Origin: a virus
Lineage: Duplodnaviria > Caudoviricetes
Length of the DNA: 64,000 nt
Reading direction: 5' to 3' (one strand)
IMG/VR virus record: IMGVR_UViG_3300037454_001182
Coordinates: 15,204-79,203 of that record
The translations under genes and the position numbers were made by a program. Each line of letters opens with the position of its first letter. Positions within the stretch are counted from its first letter, which is position 1. This document shows, in pieces, positions 55,954 through 64,000 of this stretch. The notes below the pieces were generated by a model. It was not told the DNA's origin. It worked only from the letters and a program-made list of their open reading frames with translations, and did not search any database.

Positions 55954-56403
55954 TTACATAAATTCTTGGTACTGTTCTACTTGTTGTTGGGCGAAGAATA
56001 TGGCTTCCTGCTCATTGGGTTCTGGCAGATATAAACCACATTGGGCACTACTGTAATTTCTGAACCGCTCGATGGCCTGTGTCATTTCCAGTTTGTCTAA
56101 CTCGGTACTGCTGCGGACATATCTAACTTCATTGCCTCGCTTGTTTCTACGCTGCCGGATGAAGATGTCTGGGTTGCAGTGCTTTTTGAAGATGTCAAAC
56201 TTCACCTCTTCCAGAGTATATCCAAACTCTGACGCAAAGTAACCGAGTAACAGGTGCAGGTATGAGTTCTGAGCCAGACTGCGTTGTGTGTGCTTCTTTT
56301 TCAGTTCCACATAATCCTGTGCCAACACCATAGCGTTAGCCTTTTCCTTGAAACGCTGACGGTCATACGGATTCTTTAGATTGTACAGTGCCATATTCTT
56401 CAC
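55954..56403 (-). CDS. NinB-like protein
   Basis: RSLAQNSYLH...SSTELDK.EMT..IE motif. Confidence 0.7.
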   Translation of the reverse strand: MKNMALYNLKNPYDRQRFKEKANAMVLAQDYVELKKKHTQRSLAQNSYLHLLLGYFASEFGYTLEEVKFDIFKKHCNPDIFIRQRRNKRGNEVRYVRSSTELDKLEMTQAIERFRNYSSAQCGLYLPEPNEQEAIFFAQQQVEQYQEFM

Positions 56404-56408
56404 TCACT

Positions 56409-56945
56409 TTAGAATGGCAAATCGTCTGGGTCACCTCCTATCGGATTCCCATTCTCATCAACGGCAGGTGGGAACGGCTGCGGTGCAGGTGCTCCAGTGG
56501 GTGCAGTTGCAGGGAACGGATTAGATGGCTGTTGGGGTTGGTATGCAGGTTGTGCCTGACCTTGGTATGCAGGTTGCGTTTGGCCTTGATATGGTGCTGC
56601 CTGTTGAGGCTGTTGCACTGGCTGTTGTCTCTGGTACAACTCCACCTTGTAACCTGTAATGTTGGTAAAGTAGTTCACCTGTCCGTCTTTCTCTACCTTT
56701 CTTCCAGAGAGTACGAAAGAGACGGTCACGGCTTGGCCTACCTGGAACTGGTCAAGCATGGTGCAGTTGTTACCCACAAACTCGAACTTCGGATAGTTTT
56801 CAAACTTCCGACCGCTAAACTGGTCATATCTGGATGCGTCCAGTATGAGTTCCCTCTTATAGAACGGTTGGCCGTTCTGATTGTTAGTCGGAACGGCAAC
56901 CGTCTGACCTATGAAGAGGATTAGTCCTGTTACAGTATTGGCCAT
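56409..56945 (-). CDS. Single-stranded DNA-binding protein (DUF3127 family)
   Basis: OB-fold-like N-terminus, Q/P-rich linker, acidic tip DDLPF. Confidence 0.88.
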   Translation of the reverse strand: MANTVTGLILFIGQTVAVPTNNQNGQPFYKRELILDASRYDQFSGRKFENYPKFEFVGNNCTMLDQFQVGQAVTVSFVLSGRKVEKDGQVNYFTNITGYKVELYQRQQPVQQPQQAAPYQGQTQPAYQGQAQPAYQPQQPSNPFPATAPTGAPAPQPFPPAVDENGNPIGGDPDDLPF

Positions 56946-56949
56946 CTTC

Positions 56950-57912
56950 TCAGTCTTTGATTGTGAATGTTAAACCCATTGAAGTGAGATAATCCTCCAG
57001 AGCCTTAAACTGCTCATCGTTGGCGTTTATCTCATAGTAGCGAGGATAGACAGTCGCTTTCTTGGCAACTCCTGCAGACTGTCCCAGAATGTCGGCAAAG
57101 GCATCTGCGGCATCAGCCTCGGATTCGTCAATATCATGGTGACTTGACTCTTCTTTCTCTGGCTCCTTGTCCTCTGGCTTGCTCTCTGTGTCAATAGGCA
57201 CGGATGGGGTCTCTGGTGCTGTCACTCTTTCCTCGGCTTCCTTGGCCTTGGCTGCGGCTTCACGCTGTTCTTTGAGTTGGTTCGCATAGCGGACGGTCTC
57301 TTGCAGGTTGAAATTCTCCTTATAGCGGACTGCCAGAACATCGTAATCCTCAGCAAAGGACTTCAATGTTTCGAGGTCTGACGTGATAGTGGCTATTCTC
57401 TCTCGGATTTCTTTCTCCACAGCCTTTAGTGACGTGGTTTTGTTCAGCCACTTGTCATTCCAGATGGTAGAGAGACGGATGCCCAACTCTTCCAGTCCTA
57501 ACTCTTCGGCCAGATGTTCAACGGCCTCTCGTTTCTCAGCCTTGGCACGTTCCTCATCTTCCTTGATTACGGCATCAATCTTGGCCACGGCCTCCTTGAT
57601 GAGTTTGACCGTCTCAGCAACAACTTCCTTGAACTCTCCGAACGGTGCCATGAACTCACGTTCAAACTCAATGCGCTTGTCATTGAGGGTCTTTGACGCT
57701 TTATTCAGCAAAGCCTTGTCAGCCTTGGCCTTGGCAATATCATCCGTAGAGTAGTTGGAAATGTCATACCTTGGGAGTGCCTGTTGAACCAACTCCCGAA
57801 TCTGCTTTGCGTTGGTTGTGAGGCTACCAATGGTTTTCTCACTCACGACCAGTTCTAATTGACTGGCCTCCAGTTCCACAACAGGAATAGGCATATTGTT
57901 TTCTTGATTCAT
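56950..57912 (-). CDS. DUF1351-like coiled-coil protein
   Basis: AKADKALLNK..K.LNDKRIE...PF..FK motif, in the recombination module. Confidence 0.75.
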   Translation of the reverse strand: MNQENNMPIPVVELEASQLELVVSEKTIGSLTTNAKQIRELVQQALPRYDISNYSTDDIAKAKADKALLNKASKTLNDKRIEFEREFMAPFGEFKEVVAETVKLIKEAVAKIDAVIKEDEERAKAEKREAVEHLAEELGLEELGIRLSTIWNDKWLNKTTSLKAVEKEIRERIATITSDLETLKSFAEDYDVLAVRYKENFNLQETVRYANQLKEQREAAAKAKEAEERVTAPETPSVPIDTESKPEDKEPEKEESSHHDIDESEADAADAFADILGQSAGVAKKATVYPRYYEINANDEQFKALEDYLTSMGLTFTIKD

Positions 57913-58676
57913 CTTAAATTGAAAATTTTGGTGTCTGTGATTAACTCACGATTTTGTTTAAGGAATCTGATAAAGTCCTCACAATGTTCTGTGAGCCGTG
58001 GAATGTCACGGTCTGGGACGAATGAGTAACTTTCAGTGTAGGTGCGGTAGTATGTCTTACCCAACTCCACGATGTTATACTCAAAGTCTGGAACATTGCA
58101 ACCGTTCTTCATCAGCGCGTAAGGATAGACGATATGCTGCCAGTGGTCTTTGTAGTTCCCGACTGCATACTGCCCTGTGGTCTTTAGGTCATGGGTGCAG
58201 AACGGTAGAACATAGTCAATGTAACCGTAGAGCAACACATCACCGAAAATCGTAGGCAGAACAGCTTGAATGTACTGCTGCGGCAATCCACCTTGATAAT
58301 AGTCGGCTACCTCCCTGCAAAGAGGCAGAGGGAAATAGAATGTGCGACTGTTATAGGTGGCGTTCAGTCCAGTAACCGAACCATCATTGCCACGAACTTT
58401 CTGCACCTTTACTTTGTCGGAGTTCTTATGCAGTATCATACAGTCGATAACCTCATTGAACGCTGTGCCCCTGTCTGCCTTTTCGCTGTCGAATGGCACA
58501 CGGTTAATCCTGTCAATGAGTGACTGGAATTGCTGCTGCCTAAATTCCTCTGGGGTATGGGGCGGCTCTTCCGAGAAACCCCAATACTTTTCCCAGATGG
58601 TATCACTGTTGAGATACTGCGAGAAAGCATCTAACAGTGTGGCATAGAATTTGAACTCCAACTTAGGCTGCTGCAT
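57909..58676 (-). CDS. PD-(D/E)XK-type exonuclease-like protein
   Basis: GYIDY...DLKTT...QHIVY motif, next to the Sak4-like ATPase. Confidence 0.65.
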   Translation of the reverse strand: MQQPKLEFKFYATLLDAFSQYLNSDTIWEKYWGFSEEPPHTPEEFRQQQFQSLIDRINRVPFDSEKADRGTAFNEVIDCMILHKNSDKVKVQKVRGNDGSVTGLNATYNSRTFYFPLPLCREVADYYQGGLPQQYIQAVLPTIFGDVLLYGYIDYVLPFCTHDLKTTGQYAVGNYKDHWQHIVYPYALMKNGCNVPDFEYNIVELGKTYYRTYTESYSFVPDRDIPRLTEHCEDFIRFLKQNRELITDTKIFNLR

Positions 58677-59613
58677 CTTCGTACTGCTTTGTGTCTTTGT
58701 TGTACTTCAAACCGAGGGCCTTAACACGCTTACTGAAGATGTCTCTGGCGAAGAGAATCACGCTGTTGCCGAGGTTGGCATAATCCTTGATGTGTTCGAG
58801 GAAATGATTTGCGCCCACGGCATCAGTCATTAACTCACAGGCATTCTTGATTTCTTCCAGAGCGGCTTGATATTCCTGTGCGGCCTTTTCCTTGACGGAA
58901 ATCATAGACTGGTACTTGGAAATAATCTGCTTCTCGATGAAATCATTGGCTCCTGTGGGCTGTCCGTTCTGGTTGAGAATATTCTGGATGAACATCACTC
59001 CTGGCAGTTGGCAGGTGTTCTTACCGTCATTGCGAGAAGTGGGGTCGAATGTGATAGAGCGTTTCTGCACTCCGTTCTCATTCTTCATTTCCAGATAGCC
59101 GAGCAAATCCAACTCGGTAACGATGGAGTTGTAGGACTTCTCACGCAAGGCAGGTACAAACACCGTATCATCACCCTCTTTGCGAGAATCGCGGTGGGCA
59201 ACAAAGATGATGTGCTTCCCTAATCCAGACAGGGCGTTTACAAACCACTTGAAATCATTGTTGATAGTTCCCCAGTCCTGTACGCGAGGATTCCGGCCAC
59301 CACAACGGTAAGCGATGATGAAATCCATCATCTTGCCGATGGTGTCAACAACGATAGTTCCAAAGGGTGCCAGTTCGGCAGCTTCAGTGGTGAGCAGTGT
59401 CACGATCTCCTGCCAGTTGTTAATCTGGACGATACCAACATTATCTCCCAGATGCGCGTTGTTTACTCGCTTGACACCGTTGTCGAAGTCAAGCAACAGT
59501 GGATTGGGCGAAGAGAGCGCGAGGGTAGTCTTACCCATACCTGCTTGCCCATAGACCATCATCTTTACATTCTTCTGGATGGTCAACTCGTTACTTTTTT
59601 TAATCAATCCCAT
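58663..59613 (-). CDS. Sak4-like AAA ATPase (recombinase)
   Basis: YGQAGMGKT, LLLDFDNG, IVVDT; start moved to AGAGCA-ATG at 59613. Confidence 0.85.
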   Translation of the reverse strand: MGLIKKSNELTIQKNVKMMVYGQAGMGKTTLALSSPNPLLLDFDNGVKRVNNAHLGDNVGIVQINNWQEIVTLLTTEAAELAPFGTIVVDTIGKMMDFIIAYRCGGRNPRVQDWGTINNDFKWFVNALSGLGKHIIFVAHRDSRKEGDDTVFVPALREKSYNSIVTELDLLGYLEMKNENGVQKRSITFDPTSRNDGKNTCQLPGVMFIQNILNQNGQPTGANDFIEKQIISKYQSMISVKEKAAQEYQAALEEIKNACELMTDAVGANHFLEHIKDYANLGNSVILFARDIFSKRVKALGLKYNKDTKQYEDAAA

Positions 59614-59653
59614 TGCTCTTAGTGTGATTAAAATTGTGAAACATAAAAAATAA

Positions 59654-60202
59654 CTAAAAAAGATTATGCCTGTTGGCATATTGAATAAACTCGGACTTTT
59701 CGTGTATTCCTAACTTGCAATACACGCTCTTGATGTGATTCTTGACAGTATGAGGTGAGAGATACAACTGTTCTGCAATCTCTTCTTTACTCATTCCATC
59801 ATACACAAGTTTCATCACGCGCAACTCTGAATCCGACAACTTTGTGTTGAATGTCGGAAAGCAGATAACGCCCTCATACTTACATTCACCTCTCAATGGG
59901 CAATCTACCTTTTCAAAGTTGAACTTCCCAGAGGCCTCTACATCTAACTTCGTGGTATCAAGTTTGCCGAAGTTGCACTTGCAGAATCTCCGAACTATGA
60001 GGTACTGGTAATACTTCACATTCCCTGCGCTCTTCTGGTACTCTTTTTCAAGAGCCTTGTAAGCGGTGGGGTAGTGTTCGCGTATCAATTCCAGTAGGTG
60101 CTGAATCAACTCCGTATTGGATTCAGTCACTACCTCATTGCGGCCATCTGCATACTTGCACCACAATTCACTTTCGTAGATGTAAAACTCTAACTGTTCC
60201 AT
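59654..60202 (-). CDS. LuxR-type HTH transcription regulator
   Basis: LSDSELRVMKLVYDGMSKEEIAEQLYLSPHTVKNHIKSVYCKLG. Confidence 0.88.
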   Translation of the reverse strand: MEQLEFYIYESELWCKYADGRNEVVTESNTELIQHLLELIREHYPTAYKALEKEYQKSAGNVKYYQYLIVRRFCKCNFGKLDTTKLDVEASGKFNFEKVDCPLRGECKYEGVICFPTFNTKLSDSELRVMKLVYDGMSKEEIAEQLYLSPHTVKNHIKSVYCKLGIHEKSEFIQYANRHNLF

Positions 60203-60429
60203 AACTCATCAGCAGGGATGCCAGAAATTTCAGACAACTTTGTAACGTGGTCTGGGTTGAATGGTCTCGTTAGACCCATGACCCAATTTCGGGCGGTTGT
60301 GAATGAGACACCGCACTCACTCATTATCCGAGTGATGAAATCCGTCTTTGGGTGGCTTGCCTCTGGAAGAGACAAATAATAGCCCTTGAGGGTCATTTTT
60401 TCGTTTTTTTTGTTAAAATCGTTTGTCAT
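60190..60429 (-). CDS. Cro-like HTH protein
   Basis: Small HTH divergent from the cI-like gene. Confidence 0.7.
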   Translation of the reverse strand: MTNDFNKKNEKMTLKGYYLSLPEASHPKTDFITRIMSECGVSFTTARNWVMGLTRPFNPDHVTKLSEISGIPADELWNS

Positions 60430-60473
60430 TTGGCTAATTTTCTATACTTTTGCATTGACAATTTTGATATTTC

Positions 60474-60550
60474 ACTGCAAAGGTAGGCATTTATTTTAGA
60501 ATAAACTCACGTTAGTCTAATTATTTTGCCCATGTTAAGTTTTTTTAACG
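60474..60550. promoter_or_regulatory. Divergent cro/cI promoter region
   Basis: Minus strand TACCTTTG box; architecture resembles the ~80-bp repeat. Confidence 0.6.
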
Positions 60551-60553
60551 ATT

Positions 60554-60952
60554 ATGGATTCGGTTAAACAGAGATTGCTCAAATTTATTGAGTACCTCGG
60601 AATTAAAAAGAATGCGTTTGAACAGACCATTGGAATGAGCAATGGATTTGTCAACAACACAAATGACCGTATGACAAAAAGGTCATTGGATGCAATTCAA
60701 GCAACGTACCCACAACTCAACACCGACTGGCTGATTTCTGGCAGGGGTGAAATGTTGAGGCCGGAAGTTCCAGCAAGTACCACTCCTAATAGTGAGGTCA
60801 TGGCCTTACTCCAACGTATTGACCGCCTCATCGAAATGCACGAAAAGGACATTGAGATTCACGAACTAAATGCACGGAACATGGATAGGCTTCTCACACT
60901 ACTTACTGAAAAGTCTGGATTGTCTTTGTCTGAAGAAAAGGCTGTCGGATAA
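60554..60952 (+). CDS. CI-like repressor (XRE HTH, no peptidase domain)
   Basis: RLLKFIEYLGI...FEQTIGMSNGFV...LNTDWLISGRGEM. Confidence 0.8.
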   Translation: MDSVKQRLLKFIEYLGIKKNAFEQTIGMSNGFVNNTNDRMTKRSLDAIQATYPQLNTDWLISGRGEMLRPEVPASTTPNSEVMALLQRIDRLIEMHEKDIEIHELNARNMDRLLTLLTEKSGLSLSEEKAVG

Positions 60953-60983
60953 TCCATCTATTCTATATATACGGTAAATACTA

Positions 60984-61277
60984 TTGGGTATGATAATCAA
61001 GATAGCCCCAGAGGGCGTTAATACCACAAAGCGTTTCTTCATGGCTCTGGATATGTTGCGGAGGCAACGCAAGATTCGTGGACTGTTAACGTTCACCGAG
61101 AAATACGGATTGAACTACTGGAATATGAACACTCTCAAAGAGGAACCAGAAAGAAGAATCCTAAAGTCTGAATGCCTCACCTACCTTGTGCGAGATTTCG
61201 GAGTGTCTGCTGAATGGCTCCTGTGTGGAACTGGCCCCATGATGAAAGAGGCAGAACTTGTAAACGATAACAAATAG
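60984..61277 (+). CDS. HTH-type regulator
   Basis: FGVSAEWLLCGTGPM XRE-like C-terminus. Confidence 0.7.
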   Translation: MGMIIKIAPEGVNTTKRFFMALDMLRRQRKIRGLLTFTEKYGLNYWNMNTLKEEPERRILKSECLTYLVRDFGVSAEWLLCGTGPMMKEAELVNDNK

Positions 61278-61279
61278 GT

Positions 61280-61852
61280 ATGGGATTCTATATAAGGAAA
61301 CGTGCGCGAATACTTCCTGGCATCTGGCTCAACCTTGGAAAGAACGGCCTTTCTGTGTCTGCTGGGTTTGGGTCTCTCAGATACAGGCAACGATTGATTG
61401 GAGGTAAGAAAAGACAGCAAGAATCATACGAACTTCCACCAGAACCTACCACGGCTCAATATGTGGGGTGTGGCATCTACTCTGTTGGTCTGGTCATTCT
61501 TATAATTGGTATTTGTGCCGGATTCTTTACGACTGGCCTCTACATCTTTCTGGGGTGTCTTGCACTCGGTTCGTTCATTAACATTGTCGGCAAGGATTCC
61601 ACCCCAGACATCAAGATGGTAAGAGTTACTGATGAAGCAAGCCTTAACGAAGCTGTTGCCAATCTTAACACCATAGTCTCATTGATGGAAAGTGATACCG
61701 ATGCAACTACTCTCTCAAAGCATTATCAGTATGCACGGCTGCAACTAAACGAACTGCCGCCCTCTCTGGAACTCAATCATCAATCCAGACAGGATGCAGA
61801 AAACACTATCCTATGTCTGTATGCAGACAGGTTGAAAGTTTTGAAGAAATAA
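61280..61852 (+). CDS. DUF4236-domain membrane protein
   Basis: MGFYIRKRARILPGIWLNLGKNGLSVSAG plus two hydrophobic segments. Confidence 0.78.
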   Translation: MGFYIRKRARILPGIWLNLGKNGLSVSAGFGSLRYRQRLIGGKKRQQESYELPPEPTTAQYVGCGIYSVGLVILIIGICAGFFTTGLYIFLGCLALGSFINIVGKDSTPDIKMVRVTDEASLNEAVANLNTIVSLMESDTDATTLSKHYQYARLQLNELPPSLELNHQSRQDAENTILCLYADRLKVLKK

Positions 61853-61994
61853 TTGATATTGCCTGTTTGCTGCCTCAAAGCCTCCCTGTGACCTTTCAAG
61901 TTCTGGATGGTTGGATTTTATAGGCTCCTATCATCCAATGCCTCTATTGGCCTTTTTTCAAGCCTCGACCACCACGCGCATATATTATAGTTTG

Positions 61995-62021
61995 GTAGAT
62001 AAGTCGAATAGACTTATCTAC
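61995..62021. repeat. Perfect 11-bp inverted repeat
   Basis: GTAGATAAGTC-GAATA-GACTTATCTAC. Confidence 0.85.
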
Positions 62022-62043
62022 ATATATATTCTTTCTTTCTTTA

Positions 62044-62181
62044 GATGTTGTTAGTTGTTTGTTACTTGTCTGTTGTTTGTTTGTTAGTTGCTTGTTGATT
62101 TTACTTTTGCAAATAACGCAAAGCCTTTATTTATAAGGAGTTTCAGCGTGTTTCTTGCTTGTTACCTTGTTTGTTAGCAAA
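62044..62181. repeat. Iteron-like array (TTGTTAG/TTGTTTG/TTGCTTG), candidate replication origin
   Basis: Tandem degenerate 7-8-mers next to an AT-rich tract. Confidence 0.6.
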
Positions 62182-62254
62182 TAAGAAACGCCCACCATCC
62201 TCTCGGACAATGGGCGAATCATCAGAAATAATAGATATGATGGTTTACAGAGAT

Positions 62255-62455
62255 TTACAGGGCAGCTTTCCAGAACTTCATAATATCCATACCAGTGTAA
62301 AACTTTTGCTTGTTGGTTGGTCTGTAACCGCAACCAATCATTCCGGCAGCAGTGTACTTCGCCAACGTCTTTCTGGATATGGTCAGAATGGCGCAGGTCT
62401 CATTGATGGTGTACCTGTTGTTAGGCATCACTCTGGGTTCAGTGCTTGTTACCAT
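62255..62455 (-). CDS. Excisionase-like HTH protein
   Basis: RYTINETCAILTISRKTLAKYTAAG.I (HTH_17/MerR-like). Confidence 0.75.
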   Translation of the reverse strand: MVTSTEPRVMPNNRYTINETCAILTISRKTLAKYTAAGMIGCGYRPTNKQKFYTGMDIMKFWKAAL

Positions 62456-62457
62456 AA

Positions 62458-62703
62458 CTATACGCTTGTTTTCTTCAGCAATTCTTTCAACTGTTCCTTG
62501 ACCTCCAGTAGTTCCCGATGGTAACGAGCGGACATAGAACCTGCTGCAAGATAGGCACGGCGGTACTTCTCGACTTCCAGACGCAGGTACTTGTTTTCCT
62601 CGATGGCCTTATCTGCCCTTGCCCTCTCTGGGGTGGCAAACCTACCCTTACTGTCTCTCATTCTGAGAGCAGGGTCATTGTCAAACAGTGTAGGTTGCTC
62701 CAT
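62458..62703 (-). CDS. Hypothetical protein
   Basis: 81 aa; RDSKGRF motif; N-terminal QPTLF. Confidence 0.65.
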   Translation of the reverse strand: MEQPTLFDNDPALRMRDSKGRFATPERARADKAIEENKYLRLEVEKYRRAYLAAGSMSARYHRELLEVKEQLKELLKKTSV

Positions 62704-62705
62704 GA

Positions 62706-63179
62706 TTATTGCTTAATGATTGGTTGCTTGTTACTTGAACGATACAGGATATAGCCGACAGTGGAAGTCAGAGTGCCGACATAGAGGAATCCGACAACGG
62801 TACTGATGCAGAACAACGTCACCAGTAGGATGAGCAAGCCGACACAAAGGATTGCAAGTGCTATGTTTGGATAGTATGGTGCAGGATTCTTTTCATGTAC
62901 TACAAAGCCCGGCTCTGGCACACCCTCGAAACGAGCCTGTTCACCATCCAGTATGTACTCTGTCTTTGCGCCAACAAGCCACCTCAGTTCTGGGTAGTCA
63001 GTGATGAACGTATCATAGTTTTTGTACTTGTAGTAGCACGGCTTTTCTTTGCCAGATTCACCAGGAATCGGAGTGTAGATGTACCCACCCTTATCAAAGA
63101 ACTCTTTTAAGGTGTAGTATTTCCACACTCTAAAAGTTGTAACGAATACGCTACGAAAGAATGATACTAACTTTCTCAT
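62706..63179 (-). CDS. Membrane protein
   Basis: Start moved to MRKLVS (ATGA overlap); two C-terminal hydrophobic helices. Confidence 0.65.
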   Translation of the reverse strand: MRKLVSFFRSVFVTTFRVWKYYTLKEFFDKGGYIYTPIPGESGKEKPCYYKYKNYDTFITDYPELRWLVGAKTEYILDGEQARFEGVPEPGFVVHEKNPAPYYPNIALAILCVGLLILLVTLFCISTVVGFLYVGTLTSTVGYILYRSSNKQPIIKQ

Positions 63180-64000
63180 TTGTCTTTCTCTGTGTAGGTT
63201 GTAGTAACGATAACGGCACATCTGGAATGGTCGTGGTTCCAAATCTTTTCGTTTATCTTGATGTAATATACCTTGCTCTTGTCAAACTCGATAGCGAGGT
63301 ACTTCTGGAGGTAGGCAATCACATTCTTGTGAGTGATGGCGTAGATGTCGGACGAATACGAATTGAGATTGTAGGTAAGACCCTTTCCGAACACGAACAC
63401 AAGACGGTTGGTATTCCTATCTACCTGCATATCCATCGTAAGCAAGCCGAACTGCTCCAGATACTTTGTGATGTGGGTACTCAGAACAACGGTATTTTCG
63501 CTTGCTGTGCAAACGCGGATTTCCAGAGGTTGAGGCTGTGGCATCGTTTTCTTTCTGGCAGGTGTCAGTGGAACGAGGTTAAGGCCAGACCAATCATGAC
63601 CGACAAAATCGGCCCTCTCTGGTTCTGGCATGTGTTCGGGTGCAGGTTGTTCATTGACCGCTGGCGATTGATGGATTGAACCGTCTGGATTCTTAACAGG
63701 TATGCGAGGTATCTTGATTTCACCTTGATAGAAGCCATGTTCTGCCTGTGCTTTCATGTACTTCATCCATTTCTGTGTGAGTTCAGCCCAGAAATGACCA
63801 TTGAAAGCCGAAGTCTCAGAAAGTTTGTTGAAGTCGAAAGCGGACTGAATCACGAAGTACGAATCAACCTGCTCGAAATACTTTTCAATATCCTCTGGAT
63901 TGTTTGGGAAGCGGTAATCACGGTACATTCCGAGAAACATCTTATCAAGTCCACGATAGGACAGGAACCGCTTAAACAGTTTAATGTTTACTTTCTTCAT
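63176..64000 (-). CDS. Hypothetical protein
   Basis: 274-aa ORF starting at the window edge. Confidence 0.7.
   Translation of the reverse strand: MKKVNIKLFKRFLSYRGLDKMFLGMYRDYRFPNNPEDIEKYFEQVDSYFVIQSAFDFNKLSETSAFNGHFWAELTQKWMKYMKAQAEHGFYQGEIKIPRIPVKNPDGSIHQSPAVNEQPAPEHMPEPERADFVGHDWSGLNLVPLTPARKKTMPQPQPLEIRVCTASENTVVLSTHITKYLEQFGLLTMDMQVDRNTNRLVFVFGKGLTYNLNSYSSDIYAITHKNVIAYLQKYLAIEFDKSKVYYIKINEKIWNHDHSRCAVIVTTTYTEKDK

Noticed and set aside
60636-60643. GAGCAATG inside the cI-like gene as an sRNA target
   Set aside because: Only an 8-nt internal match, not at a start codon; compatible with chance.
1-64000. Numerous plus-strand ORFs of 60-240 aa in the ORF track
   Set aside because: They are antisense shadows of long minus-strand genes with no recognisable motifs; only 60554-61852 look like real plus-strand genes.
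1-64000. Stop-codon reassignment
   Set aside because: Long genes are intact in the standard code, and the split gene at 52.8 kb is a frameshift rather than an in-frame stop.
62255-64000. Attachment site or prophage boundary
   Set aside because: No integrase, host genes or direct-repeat pair is visible, so integration state cannot be called from this window.

Overview
The window holds about 64 kb of a long-tailed (siphovirus-like), probably temperate Bacteroidales phage or prophage, almost all on the minus strand. Host assignment rests on repeated TTTG-N19-TAnnTTTG promoters and BACON/DUF3127-type proteins. From left to right it contains the tail and head genes (17-19036); head genes interrupted by blocks of small accessory genes with their own promoters (19.3-31.5 kb); a ParB/glycosyltransferase/epimerase/terminase operon; three DNA methyltransferases; replication and recombination genes; a cro/cI-like switch near 60.2-61 kb; and an excisionase-like gene with a stand-alone iteron-like array near 62 kb. 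No integrase, lysis genes, reverse transcriptase or CRISPR array is visible. The strongest novel signal is an apparent RNA-based regulon. I count 22 genes that start with the identical leader AGAGCA-ATG. Two candidate small RNAs (about 19060-19165 and 31592-31663), each with a promoter box and an intrinsic terminator, carry the exact antisense CAUUGCUCUUA, with up to 21 nt of perfect complementarity to individual start regions. A 17-bp palindromic operator (5 exact copies) and an ~80-bp promoter repeat (7 copies) mark two promoter classes. Other notable items: a DGR-type variable region in a non-structural gene, a MuF-GNAT putative toxin with a candidate immunity gene, a capsid-BACON fusion, a tRNA-like gene one base short in the anticodon arm, and two stand-alone MutS domain I proteins. 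All protein family calls come from motif recognition by eye, not from database searches.
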